Shown here: piece by piece, positions 17,937 to 30,274 of the stretch
Position numbering within the stretch: the first letter of the stretch is position 1
Layout of the letters: each line of letters opens with the position of its first letter
Assembly (NCBI GenBank): GCA_034436295.1
Contig: DAOTVT010000123.1
Coordinates: 1-63,432 of the forward strand
DNA: 63,432 nt
Direction of reading: 5' to 3'
Origin: Anaerolineae bacterium
Lineage (GTDB): Bacteria; Chloroflexota; Anaerolineae; DTLA01
The notes under the pieces: generated by a model
Database searches by the model: none
Told to the model about the DNA's origin: nothing
What the model saw: only the letters and a program-made list of their open reading frames with translations
Position numbers and translations under genes: made by a program

Positions 17937-19241
17937 TTATACGCCGTAGCCGCGACCGACGCCGCGGTAGAGAAAGCCCAGTTGGCGCATGGTCTCGGGA
18001 TCGTAGATGTTGCGCCCGTCCACGATAATCGGGCGGCGCATGGCTTCCTTGATCCACTTCAAGTCCAGATGCTTGAACTCGTTCCACTCGGTGCAGATGA
18101 CCAACGCATCGGCCCCCTGGGCGGCCTCGTAGGCATTCTCGCAGAACGTAACGCCGTCCAGCATGGCCTTGGCGTTGCGCATGGCCACGGGGTCGTAGGC
18201 GCGGATGATGGCCCCCTCGTTCTGGAGGAGATGGATGATCTCCACCGCAGGCGCTTCGCGCATGTCGTCGGTGTTGGGCTTGAAGGCAAGGCCGAGCACG
18301 CCGATGACCTGCTCGTCCAGCGAGCCGAGGATGTCGCGGAGTTTCTGCACCAGGCGTCGGCGTTGGTCGCGGTTGATTTCCAGGACGGCGCGCAGCAGTT
18401 GGGGATGGCAGCCGTGGATAGCGGCCATGTGCGCCAGCGCCTTCACATCCTTGGGGAAGCACGACCCGCCGAAGCCGATGCCCGCATCCAGGAACGAAGG
18501 CCCGATGCGCTTGTCGTAGCCCATGCCCGCGGCCACTTCTTTCACGTCGGCGCCCAGGGCCTCGCAGATGGACGCGATTTCGTTGATGAACGAGATGCGG
18601 TTGGCCAGGAACGCGTTGGACGCGTACTTGATCATCTCGGCCGTGCGCAGGTCGGTGATGACGATGGGGGCGCGGAGCGACAGGTACAACTGCGCCACCT
18701 GCTCGGCGGCTTCGCGGTTCAGCGAACCCAGCACCACGCGGTCGGGGTTCATGAAGTCATAGACGGCCGAACCTTCGCGGAGGAATTCGGGGTTGGACAC
18801 CACGGCGAAGGGCACGTCGTTCTTCTTGTGCTTGTTCACGATGTCGGCCACCCAGTCGCCTGTGCCGATGGGGACGGTGCTCTTGTTCACAATCACGATG
18901 GGGTGATCCATCACTTCGGCGATGGCCTCGGCGGCCTGCCGCACGTAACGCAGGTCGGCCTCGCCCTCCGCGCCCGACGGCGTGCCCACGGCGATGAAGA
19001 CGAATTCGGCGTCGCGGACGCCTTCGGCGTAGGAGGTGGTGAACCGCAGGCGGCCCGACTGCGCGTTGCGGCGGACGATCTCCTCCAGCCCAGGCTCGTA
19101 GATGGGCAGCACGCCCTGGCGCAGGTTTTCCACCTTGCGCTCGTCAATATCCACGATGGTAACCAGGTTCCCAAGGTCTGCAAAGCAGGTGCCGGTGGTC
19201 AACCCCACATAGCCGGCGCCGATGACGCAAATCTTCTTCAA
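17937..19241 (-). CDS. ugd: UDP-glucose 6-dehydrogenase (tandem paralog)
   Basis: [17 protein letters not shown]...GGSCFPKD. No in-frame ATG near the conserved N-terminus. TTG at 19241 follows GGTGGAG by 5 nt. Confidence 0.8.
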   Translation of the reverse strand: MKKICVIGAGYVGLTTGTCFADLGNLVTIVDIDERKVENLRQGVLPIYEPGLEEIVRRNAQSGRLRFTTSYAEGVRDAEFVFIAVGTPSGAEGEADLRYVRQAAEAIAEVMDHPIVIVNKSTVPIGTGDWVADIVNKHKKNDVPFAVVSNPEFLREGSAVYDFMNPDRVVLGSLNREAAEQVAQLYLSLRAPIVITDLRTAEMIKYASNAFLANRISFINEIASICEALGADVKEVAAGMGYDKRIGPSFLDAGIGFGGSCFPKDVKALAHMAAIHGCHPQLLRAVLEINRDQRRRLVQKLRDILGSLDEQVIGVLGLAFKPNTDDMREAPAVEIIHLLQNEGAIIRAYDPVAMRNAKAMLDGVTFCENAYEAAQGADALVICTEWNEFKHLDLKWIKEAMRRPIIVDGRNIYDPETMRQLGFLYRGVGRGYGV

Positions 19242-19289
19242 CGAAACTCCACCTTCCCCGCGAGATTTCTTTGCGAGCGGGCCACCCGA

Positions 19290-19460
19290 GACCCGTCGCA
19301 CATTATAATGCGACCTGTCGGAGACCCCAAACGCGCGGCATCGCGAATCCCCATCCGCACAATCCGCGCTATCCGATCCGTGGATTCCGAGACCCCAAGG
19401 GTCTCCACGACCCTTGGGGTCTACCTCCATTCGCGCCTATTCGCGTGATTCGCGGTTGCA
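19290..19460. repeat. Hairpin-module cluster with (ATTCGCG)x3 motif
   Basis: GTCGCA-N8-TGCGAC, GAGACCC-CAA-GGGTCTC, GACCC-TTG-GGGTC. ATTCGCG at 19429, 19439 and 19448. Confidence 0.6.
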
Positions 19461-19520
19461 CTCCTCCGAGACCGCTTCGCCGCCCCGCACCGGCGACGAG
19501 CCGCGCACTTGCGAACCGCG

Positions 19521-20279
19521 TCATCGGCCCCGCCGCTGGCGGACGACTTCGTACAGGGCCACCGAACCCGCTACCGCCGCGTTCAGCGAGCCTACCCTGC
19601 CCCGCATGGGCAGGCGGATGAGAAAGTCGCACCGGTCGCGGAGCAGGCGGCTGATGCCGCTCCCCTCGCTGCCGACCACCAGCGCCAGCGGGCGGTCCAG
19701 GTCGGCCTCGGCGTACACGAGCGCCCCTGGTGCGGCTTCCAGACCCACCGCCCACAGGTTCGCCCGCTTCATCTCCTCCAGCGTCTGCGCCAGGTTGCTC
19801 ACGATGTCCACGTTCAAGTGCTCGGTTGCGCCGGCCGATGCGTTCACAACGGCGGGCGTAACCTCCACCGCGCGGCGCTTGGGGATGACAACGCCGTGGA
19901 CGCCCACGGCCTCGGCGGTCCGCAGCAGGCTGCCCAGGTTCTGGGGATCCTGCAGGCAATCCAGGACAAGGAACAGCGGCATCTCCTGGCGTTGCAGGCA
20001 CGCGCGGAGCGCCTCCTGCCAGGGCACGTAGGGATACGCGCCGACCTCCAGCGCCACGCCCTGATGGTGGCCCGCGTCCTTGCCCACCAGTTTGTCCAGC
20101 GCGGCGCGGTCCACGGCCACATGGGGCACGTTGCGGGCGCGCGCTTCCGCGAGGATGTCGCCCACCGCGCCCCCGGCGGCCACACTCTGCGCCAGGAGCA
20201 GGCGGTAGAACCGCCGCCGGTTCGCCCGCAGGCTTTCCAGCACGGCGTTCCGTCCGTACAGCACCTCAAACCCGGGCAT
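19521..20279 (-). CDS. rlmB: SpoU/TrmH-family 23S rRNA 2'-O-methyltransferase (RlmB-like)
   Basis: N-terminal L30e-like region, C-terminal LVVGSEGSGIS...IPM.G...SLN.AVA motifs. Located downstream of cysS, as in Bacillus. Confidence 0.8.
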   Translation of the reverse strand: MPGFEVLYGRNAVLESLRANRRRFYRLLLAQSVAAGGAVGDILAEARARNVPHVAVDRAALDKLVGKDAGHHQGVALEVGAYPYVPWQEALRACLQRQEMPLFLVLDCLQDPQNLGSLLRTAEAVGVHGVVIPKRRAVEVTPAVVNASAGATEHLNVDIVSNLAQTLEEMKRANLWAVGLEAAPGALVYAEADLDRPLALVVGSEGSGISRLLRDRCDFLIRLPMRGRVGSLNAAVAGSVALYEVVRQRRGR

Positions 20280-20349
20280 GGAAGTCCTCTCTCGCCCTGA
20301 TGGGTCGCCTACGCAGTTCCCAATGCCTCACACCGCGGAGCACGCCGAG

Positions 20350-20445
20350 CGCAGAGAACCCCCCGCCTCTGCGTTCTCCGTGCCTTTGTGTGAGAAAAAT
20401 ATCCCACACAGAGGCACAAAGGCACAGAGGGCTTTCTCCGTGCCC
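20350..20445. repeat. Distinct hairpin element between cysS and rlmB
   Basis: 7-bp hairpin at 20350..20373. 11-bp stem GTGCCTTTGTG/CACAAAGGCAC at 20380..20425. 11-bp direct repeat TTCTCCGTGCC at 20374 and 20434. Confidence 0.6.
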
Positions 20446-20504
20446 TTACCCCTTCTGTGTCTCGCTCCTCTCGGCGGTGAGAACGGCCCGCCCTTCGGCC
20501 AGGG

Positions 20505-21971
<1,467 letters not shown>

Positions 21972-22187
21972 GGTTTACCTCCACACCCAATAGTGTTTAC
22001 AGAAGTCGCAGCGGATTGGGAAGGGCCTCGTCAGCGCCTTCCCCATGTACAGATGCACTTCCACGCGCTCCGTCGCAGTAGGCCGTATCGGAACATCGGT
22101 TGTCTCCCCGCGAATGACGTGCCTGCCAGTGGTATGCTTCACATACACCGGATGACGAACGGGGCGCCTTCAGGCCCCATCTGCTCG

Positions 22188-22535
22188 CTACCCCCCAAGC
22201 AGCCAATCGGACAAACGCTTCTTGATGCGCGCCAACCTCTCCGGAGAAATCTGCCCGATGGCACCCAGAAGTACCTCGCCGAATACTGTCGCCAGTCGCC
22301 CAATGCGAATGACACTGGCCACCTTCAAGCCGCTCTCCGCGAAGTCCTCGTCACCTTCTTGCACAATTTCGTCAAACCCCTCAAGGCAGCGATGCGTCTG
22401 CGACGAAATCATGCAGACCAACCAATCATCATACTCGCCAGGCAACTTGCCCAGAAGCAACGCGGGACGCAATTTGCCTTCTTCCAGGTCAGCCTGGGGA
22501 AGACGAAACAGAACGATCTGACCCGCCCGCTTCAT
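22188..22535 (-). CDS. mazF: Type II toxin, PemK/MazF family
   Basis: GQIVLFRLPQ....GKLRPALLL pattern. 115 aa. ATGA overlap with the upstream antitoxin. Confidence 0.8.
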   Translation of the reverse strand: MKRAGQIVLFRLPQADLEEGKLRPALLLGKLPGEYDDWLVCMISSQTHRCLEGFDEIVQEGDEDFAESGLKVASVIRIGRLATVFGEVLLGAIGQISPERLARIKKRLSDWLLGG

Positions 22536-22744
22536 CTGAAGACCACCTTCAAGTCAGACATGCCGTACTGAGGCTCTTCGTCCTCCATGCCACGCATGGC
22601 AAAAGTAAGCGCGAGAGAAGACCATTCTCGTCGGTCATGCTGCTCGGCCTTCATCAGCAAGTACTGGATGAAATCCAGCAACTCTTCCTGAAAAACCTGA
22701 GGGAGTTTTTGCACATACTGGTAGATTTTTTCTTCCAGTGCCAT
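22532..22744 (-). CDS. DUF2281-type antitoxin
   Basis: 70 aa. YVQKLPQVFQEELLDFIQYLL resembles DUF2281. GGAAGGAG upstream of the ATG at 22744. The longer ORF N-terminus was rejected. Confidence 0.7.
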   Translation of the reverse strand: MALEEKIYQYVQKLPQVFQEELLDFIQYLLMKAEQHDRREWSSLALTFAMRGMEDEEPQYGMSDLKVVFR

Positions 22745-22862
22745 TCCGCAACTCCTTCCCCTAACCCTGTACCTGCTCCTGCCTCGCCTGCAGAAAAGCC
22801 CGCGCTGGCTGGAATGGGACCCGAGTCTCAGCCGTCCCGCGTCAATCCCCGCAGAGCATCCC

Positions 22863-23900
22863 CTACCGTGCGCCCTCAATCTGGGCGAAGATCATGCGCC
22901 CTGCGGCCGTTTGCAGCACCTTCGTAACGACGACCGTGATGGTCTGGCCGATGTGGCGGCGGCCGTTCTCCACCACCACCATGGTGCCGTCGTCCAGGTA
23001 GCCCACGCCCTGGCCCAGTTCCTTCCCCTCCTGGATGATGCTCACGCTCAGGTTCTCCCCAGGCAGCACCACCGCCCGCACGGCGTTGGCCAGTTCGTTG
23101 ATGTTGAGCACCGTTACGCCCTGGAGTTCGGCCACGCGGTTCAGGTTGTAGTCGTTCGTGATGATGGGACTGCGCAGCCGCTTGGCCAGCATCACCAGTT
23201 TGTCGTCCACGTCGCGCACGTCCTCAACGTCCAGGTCAGCCACCCGAATGGGGACGACGGACTCCTTCTGCAGGCGGTTGAGCATGTCCAGCCCGCGCCG
23301 CCCGCGTGCGCGCCGCAGGGGGTCGGGCGAATCGGCGATGTGCTGAATCTCGTTGAGCACGAATCGGGGCACGATCATCGTGCCGCTGATGAAGCCCGTG
23401 TGGCTGATGTCGGCGATGCGCCCATCAATGATAACGCTCGTGTCCAGCAGGACGATATTGTCCTCGCGGCTGACCTCTCGGCTCAACCGCCCGCTCAGGA
23501 GCGCGAAGAAGTCCCTGTGGCGTACCACGCCGATGAAGGTGCCCAGGTAGCCGAGAATCACGGCGAACGCGGCTGGCAGCGCCTTGCCCCACGGCGACGG
23601 CAGGAACGATAGCGGCAATGCGAGCAGCGCCGAGGCGATGAGGCCGACGACCAACCCTCCCATGCCCGACAGCACCTGCTGGGCCGAAGCCGTGCGGATG
23701 GAATTGCGGATGTTGCGAATGGGGCGCAGCACCAGGTACGGGGTGATGAGCAGCCCCAGGGCGGCCCCCGCAAGCGAGAGCGTGAGCACGTAGCGCACCG
23801 ATTGTGCATCCGTCCGCCCCCCGAGCAGGACGCCAACCTCCCAGCCCAGCAACCCCATGACGATCATGCCGATGATACGCACGATAAATTCGCCAGTCAT
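22863..23900 (-). CDS. yacL: PIN/TRAM domain membrane protein (YacL-like)
   Basis: N-terminal TM segments, PIN core (LLDTSVIIDGR...ITNDYNL), C-terminal TRAM-like beta domain. Downstream of radA, as in Bacillus. Confidence 0.85.
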   Translation of the reverse strand: MTGEFIVRIIGMIVMGLLGWEVGVLLGGRTDAQSVRYVLTLSLAGAALGLLITPYLVLRPIRNIRNSIRTASAQQVLSGMGGLVVGLIASALLALPLSFLPSPWGKALPAAFAVILGYLGTFIGVVRHRDFFALLSGRLSREVSREDNIVLLDTSVIIDGRIADISHTGFISGTMIVPRFVLNEIQHIADSPDPLRRARGRRGLDMLNRLQKESVVPIRVADLDVEDVRDVDDKLVMLAKRLRSPIITNDYNLNRVAELQGVTVLNINELANAVRAVVLPGENLSVSIIQEGKELGQGVGYLDDGTMVVVENGRRHIGQTITVVVTKVLQTAAGRMIFAQIEGAR

Positions 23901-24001
23901 AAATCCTCTCCCATAACTCCGTACTGCGGGTTGGTTCTTATCGCTTCGTCAACGCTAGCGAGCGCACCTCCTTGCTACAATTTGCCGTTCTCTCCCCCAT
24001 G

Positions 24002-24035
24002 CAAAACACAAAGAGTGCACATCCCGTGCACTCTT
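24002..24035 (-). terminator. Intrinsic terminator downstream of the radA region
   Basis: 10-bp stem AAGAGTGCAC/GTGCACTCTT, followed on the minus strand by TGTGTTTTG. Confidence 0.55.
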
Positions 24036-24217
24036 CGTGATCCGAACCCGCTATTGACAGCAACGCCTAGACCGATTCTCGGAAGACGATGGACCGATAA
24101 GTGCCAGGGATGATAGAGAATCCTTTTGCCGCCCTCGCGGCGGGCGCGAAAAATGAACCCAAATATCAGGACAAGAATATCTAGACAAATAATACCACAA
24201 CTTGCGCGAAAAGTCAA

Positions 24218-24245
24218 CGCTATCGCGCCAGGGCGATTTCCAGCG
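24218..24245 (-). repeat. Left copy of a 28-bp direct repeat: relic of the radA 3' end including a stop codon
   Basis: cgctaTcgcgccagggcgatttccagcg versus cgctaCcgcgccagggcgatttccagcg at 24807..24834 (27 of 28 identical). Confidence 0.8.
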
Positions 24246-24806
24246 GCGGCATGAAACGCATGGAGCGTAGGGCAGGTTCCCATACCTGCCCCCTGCCCCT
24301 CGGTTCCAAAGTTTTTGGTCGCGCCAGGAGCACAGGTGCGACGCACTTCCGAAGTGCGTCGCACCTGTGGTTTCCACACCTACCCCGTGCGTCCGGCGGC
24401 TATGGGAAGCCGCCCTACGTGCCTGCATCTATTCGCCGTTCGTGTGGATTCGCGTTATTCGTGGATAGCGAGCGTAGGGCAGGTTCCCATACCTGCCCCC
24501 CTGCCGCGGCGGCTATGGAGAGCCGCCCTACGAACTTGTGTTGGCGCCAAGGTGCGACGCACTTCCGAAGTGCGTCGCACCTGATACCTGCCCCTGGCCT
24601 GCGGCGGCTATGGGAAGCCGCCCTACGTGCCTGCATCTATTCGCCATTCGTGTGGATTCGCGTTATTCGTGGATAGCGAGCGTAGGGCAGGTTCCCATAC
24701 CTGCCCTCTGCCGCGGCGGCTATGGAAAGCCGCCCTACGAACTTGTGTTGGCGACCAAGGTGCGACGCACTTCGGAAGTGCGTCGCACCTTGAACCTGCC
24801 CTCTGC
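24246..24806. repeat. 2.7 x ~208-bp tandem array of hairpin modules inserted at the radA 3' end
   Basis: Units start at 24263, 24470 and 24678. Each carries GTAGGGCAGGT.., GGCGGCTATGG.AGCCGCCCTAC, a 14-bp-stem GTGCGACGCAC hairpin and an ATTCG-rich segment. Confidence 0.85.
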
Positions 24807-24834
24807 CGCTACCGCGCCAGGGCGATTTCCAGCG
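24807..24834 (-). repeat. Right copy of the 28-bp direct repeat (functional radA terminus)
   Basis: See 24218..24245. The offset between the two copies is 589 bp. Confidence 0.8.
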
Positions 24835-26176
24835 CCTCGTCCAGCGTGCGGGTCTCCAGCACCGCCAGCCCCGAAGGGACGTTGCGCGCGCGAGTCCCCG
24901 TCTTCGGAATCAGGCAGCGGCGGAATCCCAGGCGTGATGCCTCTATCAGCCGCCGCTCGGTCTGGCTCACCGACCGCAACTCGCCCGACAGGCCCACCTC
25001 GCCGATGATGGCCATATCCGCCGCCACCGGCACATCGCGCACGCTGGACGCGATGGCCAGAGCAATGGCCAGGTCTGCGGCCGGCTCGGTGATGCGCATC
25101 CCGCCCACCACGTTCACAAAAACGTCCTGGTCGCCCAAACGGATACCGACGCGCTTGGACAGGACGGCCACCAGCAGCAACAGGCGGTTGATGTCCACGC
25201 CGTTGGCCGTGCGGCGCGGAAGCCCGAAACTGGTGGTGCTGGCGAGGGCCTGAATCTCCACCAGGAGCGGGCGCGTGCCCTCCATCGTTACCGCGATGGC
25301 CGACCCCGACGCCGAAGGCAGCCTCTCGGCCAGGAACGCCTCCGAGGGATTGGCCACCTCCGCCAGCCCCTGCTCCTCCATGCTGAAGACGCCGACCTCG
25401 TTTGTGGAGCCGAACCGATTCTTGACCGCGCGCAGCAGACGATACGAATGGAACCGGTCGCCCTCCAGGTACAGCACCGTATCCACGATGTGTTCCAGGA
25501 CGCGCGGCCCCGCGATGACCCCGCTCTTCGTTACGTGCCCCACCAGGAAGATGGGGACGATCAGCGATTTCGCCACGCGCTGCAGCGCCGCCGCGCATTC
25601 CCGCACCTGGCTCACGCTCCCCGCCGAAGACTCCAAATCTTCGGAGTAGATGGCCTGCACCGAATCCACCACCACAAAGCCGGGCTTCATCTGCTCAATC
25701 TGTTCTACGATCTGCTGGAGGCTGGTTTCGGAGAGCACGTAGAGGGAATCGCCGTCCACGCCCAGGCGCTGGGCGCGCATCTTGATCTGCTGGGGCGACT
25801 CCTCGCCCGATACGTAGAGCACACGCCGCCCCTGCGCGGCCTGGTCGGCGGACATCTGGAGCAGGAGGGTGGACTTGCCGATGCCCGGGTCTCCGCCGAT
25901 GAGCACCACCGACCCGGGGACGATGCCCCCGCCCAACACCCGCTGCATCTCGCCCATGGACACGGGAATGCGGTCAAAGCCATCGGAGCGGATTTCGCGC
26001 ATGGGTTGGGGCTTGGCCCGCAACGGTGGAGCGGCGCGGCCCCCGCCCTCGCGGGCGGGTTCCACCACCGTCTCCACCATTGTGTTCCACTCGCCGCAGT
26101 CCGGGCACCGCCCCACCCACTTGGGCGACGTGCTCCCGCACTGCTGGCACACGTACACCGTCTTGGCTTTCGGCAA
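24809..26176 (-). CDS. radA: DNA repair protein RadA/Sms
   Basis: CQQCG...CPDCGEWN zinc finger, GDPGIGKST Walker A, KNRFG motif, Lon-like C-terminal domain. TTG start. Confidence 0.95.
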   Translation of the reverse strand: MPKAKTVYVCQQCGSTSPKWVGRCPDCGEWNTMVETVVEPAREGGGRAAPPLRAKPQPMREIRSDGFDRIPVSMGEMQRVLGGGIVPGSVVLIGGDPGIGKSTLLLQMSADQAAQGRRVLYVSGEESPQQIKMRAQRLGVDGDSLYVLSETSLQQIVEQIEQMKPGFVVVDSVQAIYSEDLESSAGSVSQVRECAAALQRVAKSLIVPIFLVGHVTKSGVIAGPRVLEHIVDTVLYLEGDRFHSYRLLRAVKNRFGSTNEVGVFSMEEQGLAEVANPSEAFLAERLPSASGSAIAVTMEGTRPLLVEIQALASTTSFGLPRRTANGVDINRLLLLVAVLSKRVGIRLGDQDVFVNVVGGMRITEPAADLAIALAIASSVRDVPVAADMAIIGEVGLSGELRSVSQTERRLIEASRLGFRRCLIPKTGTRARNVPSGLAVLETRTLDEALEIALAR

Positions 26177-26217
26177 AGCAACCCGCTCCCTGAACGCCTG
26201 GCGCAGCCCGTGCCCGA

Positions 26218-28599
<2,382 letters not shown>

Positions 28600-28634
28600 A
28601 TTGTCGCCTCATCTTTCCAGAACCCTGGTCTGCC

Positions 28635-28678
28635 CAAAAACATCAGGGCTGTCCCGCCCTATGGCGAAACAGCCCTGA
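28635..28678 (-). terminator. Strong terminator-like hairpin between rpsA and clpC, 36 nt before the clpC ATG
   Basis: 10-bp stem TCAGGGCTGT/ACAGCCCTGA plus an inner 4-bp stem, followed by TGTTTTTGGG on the minus strand. Confidence 0.6.
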
Positions 28679-28849
28679 ATGTCTCTGCTTCCGCTGCGCC
28701 GGTCCGGTTGAACTAGGGCCATCTCAAACGCATAGGGTAGGACTTCCTCTAAACCGAATTATCGTGCACCAGAATCAACCTGATCAGCCGCCGTCGCTGA
28801 CGGGATCCAGAGAGTACATCGGGTCTGCGTGCGAGCGCCAGAATGCGCC

Positions 28850-30196
28850 CTAACTGGACTCCTCCCCTTCGGGTTCTACAACATCATCCGTGTCGGCGTC
28901 GTCGGCTTCGCTCAGGCAAGCCTCCACCTGCTCGTCGGTAACGGCCTCGGCCGAATCCTCGGCATCCTCGGCCAAGTCGTCTTCCTCTTCCCAATCGTCC
29001 TGCAGGCTGGCCGCGTACTCCTCGCGCCAGTCTATGTCCGCGTACTGGGGATCGGCCACGCGCTTCAGGCTAAGCCCCATCCTCCGCTTCTGAGGGTCAA
29101 TGCGGATGATGCGCAGCGTGTGCGTCTCCCCTTCCTTCACGATCTCCTTCGGATGGGTGATGCGATCATCCGAAAGTTCGGAAATGTGAATCAGCCCCTC
29201 TATGGAGTCATCAATGCGGGCGAAAGCGCCGAATGGGGTGAGTTTGGTGATCTCGCCCTCAACCAACTGCCCGACCTTGTAGTGTTGCTCCACCAAATCC
29301 CACGGCTCGGGCTCCAGGCGCTTCAGGCTCAACCCGATGCGCTTCTTCGCGCGGTCCACGCTGAGGACGTAAACCTGCACCTCCTGCCCAACCTTGACGA
29401 CTTCGCTCGGATGAGAGATGCGCCCCCAGGCCAACTCCGAGATGTGAATCAGCCCGTCGGCTCCGCCCAGGTCCACGAAGGCGCCGAAGTCGCAGACGCT
29501 GGTAACGGTGCCTTTGCGGACCTCGCCCTCGCGGAGCGAGTCCAGCAACCGCTCCTTCTGCTCCTCGCGCACCTCCCGCATGGCCGCCCGCTCGGACAGG
29601 ATCAGGCGATTGCGCTTGCGGTCCAGTTCAATGACCTTCAGCGGCAGACTCTTGCCGGTGAGGTCCGCCCACACCTGCTCGCTGTCATCGGCCCTGCGCT
29701 GGTGCTCGTTGGCCAACTGGGAAGCCGGTATGAATCCGCGCAGTTTGCCCATGCGCACGATCAGCCCGCCCTTGTTGTATCCGGCAATCTGGCCTTCAAA
29801 GACCGCCTGCTCTTTGAAGAGGCGCTCCGCTTCCCGCCAATCCTTTTCCATCTCCGCGCGAGACAGGGAGATCACAATGTGGCCTTCCGTTGTCTGCGGT
29901 CGGATGACGACGGCCACGACCTTGTCGCCCACCTGGAGTTGCTTGCGGAATTCGGGGTCCAACGATTCCAAATCCCGCTGGGGCACGATGGCCTCCGACT
30001 TGCCGCCGATATCCACCAACATCTCGGTGTCGGAGATGGCGACGATGGTCCCTTCCACGGTCTCGCCGCGGGAAAAGGACTTGAGTCCGAAATGCTCCTG
30101 CTCCAGCAGGTCTTGCATGGAAGGTGGGGTAACGGGCGATGTGCTGAGGTTCACCTCCTGATTCTGCGCATGAACATCCGGCTGCTGATTCTCCAT
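28850..30196 (-). CDS. rpsA: 30S ribosomal protein S1 (four S1 domains, acidic tail)
   Basis: Four S1 OB-fold repeats (e.g. GTVTSVCDFGAFVDLGGADGLIHISEL). Acidic C-terminus. Confidence 0.85.
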   Translation of the reverse strand: MENQQPDVHAQNQEVNLSTSPVTPPSMQDLLEQEHFGLKSFSRGETVEGTIVAISDTEMLVDIGGKSEAIVPQRDLESLDPEFRKQLQVGDKVVAVVIRPQTTEGHIVISLSRAEMEKDWREAERLFKEQAVFEGQIAGYNKGGLIVRMGKLRGFIPASQLANEHQRRADDSEQVWADLTGKSLPLKVIELDRKRNRLILSERAAMREVREEQKERLLDSLREGEVRKGTVTSVCDFGAFVDLGGADGLIHISELAWGRISHPSEVVKVGQEVQVYVLSVDRAKKRIGLSLKRLEPEPWDLVEQHYKVGQLVEGEITKLTPFGAFARIDDSIEGLIHISELSDDRITHPKEIVKEGETHTLRIIRIDPQKRRMGLSLKRVADPQYADIDWREEYAASLQDDWEEEDDLAEDAEDSAEAVTDEQVEACLSEADDADTDDVVEPEGEESS

Positions 30197-30238
30197 CCGA
30201 GCTTCCCCTTACGGTTGAGATTTGCTGCTCTTGAGTCT

Positions 30239-30267
30239 ATTATAGCGTAAGTCCTGTGAAAACGCAA
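30239..30267 (-). promoter_or_regulatory. Promoter-like TTGCGT-17-TATAAT for rpsA
   Basis: -10 at 30239..30244, about 42 nt upstream of the ATG at 30196. Confidence 0.45.
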
Positions 30268-30274
30268 ACCCTGC

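Noticed and set aside
21972-22187. T-box leader upstream of cysS.
   Set aside because: I found no GGGTGGTACCGCG-like T-box sequence or recognisable specifier-loop architecture on the minus strand. Only short, non-diagnostic hairpins are present.
24251-24676. Small ORFs inside the repeat arrays that encode recurring GYGKPPY / AAMESRPT-type peptides (also at 30209..30699 and 34581..35012).
   Set aside because: They are translations of palindromic repeat modules that appear in both orientations. They have no SD sites and an implausible composition.
28600-28849. CtsR operator upstream of clpC.
   Set aside because: No GGTCAAA-type direct repeat is visible on either strand, and no ctsR gene is present.
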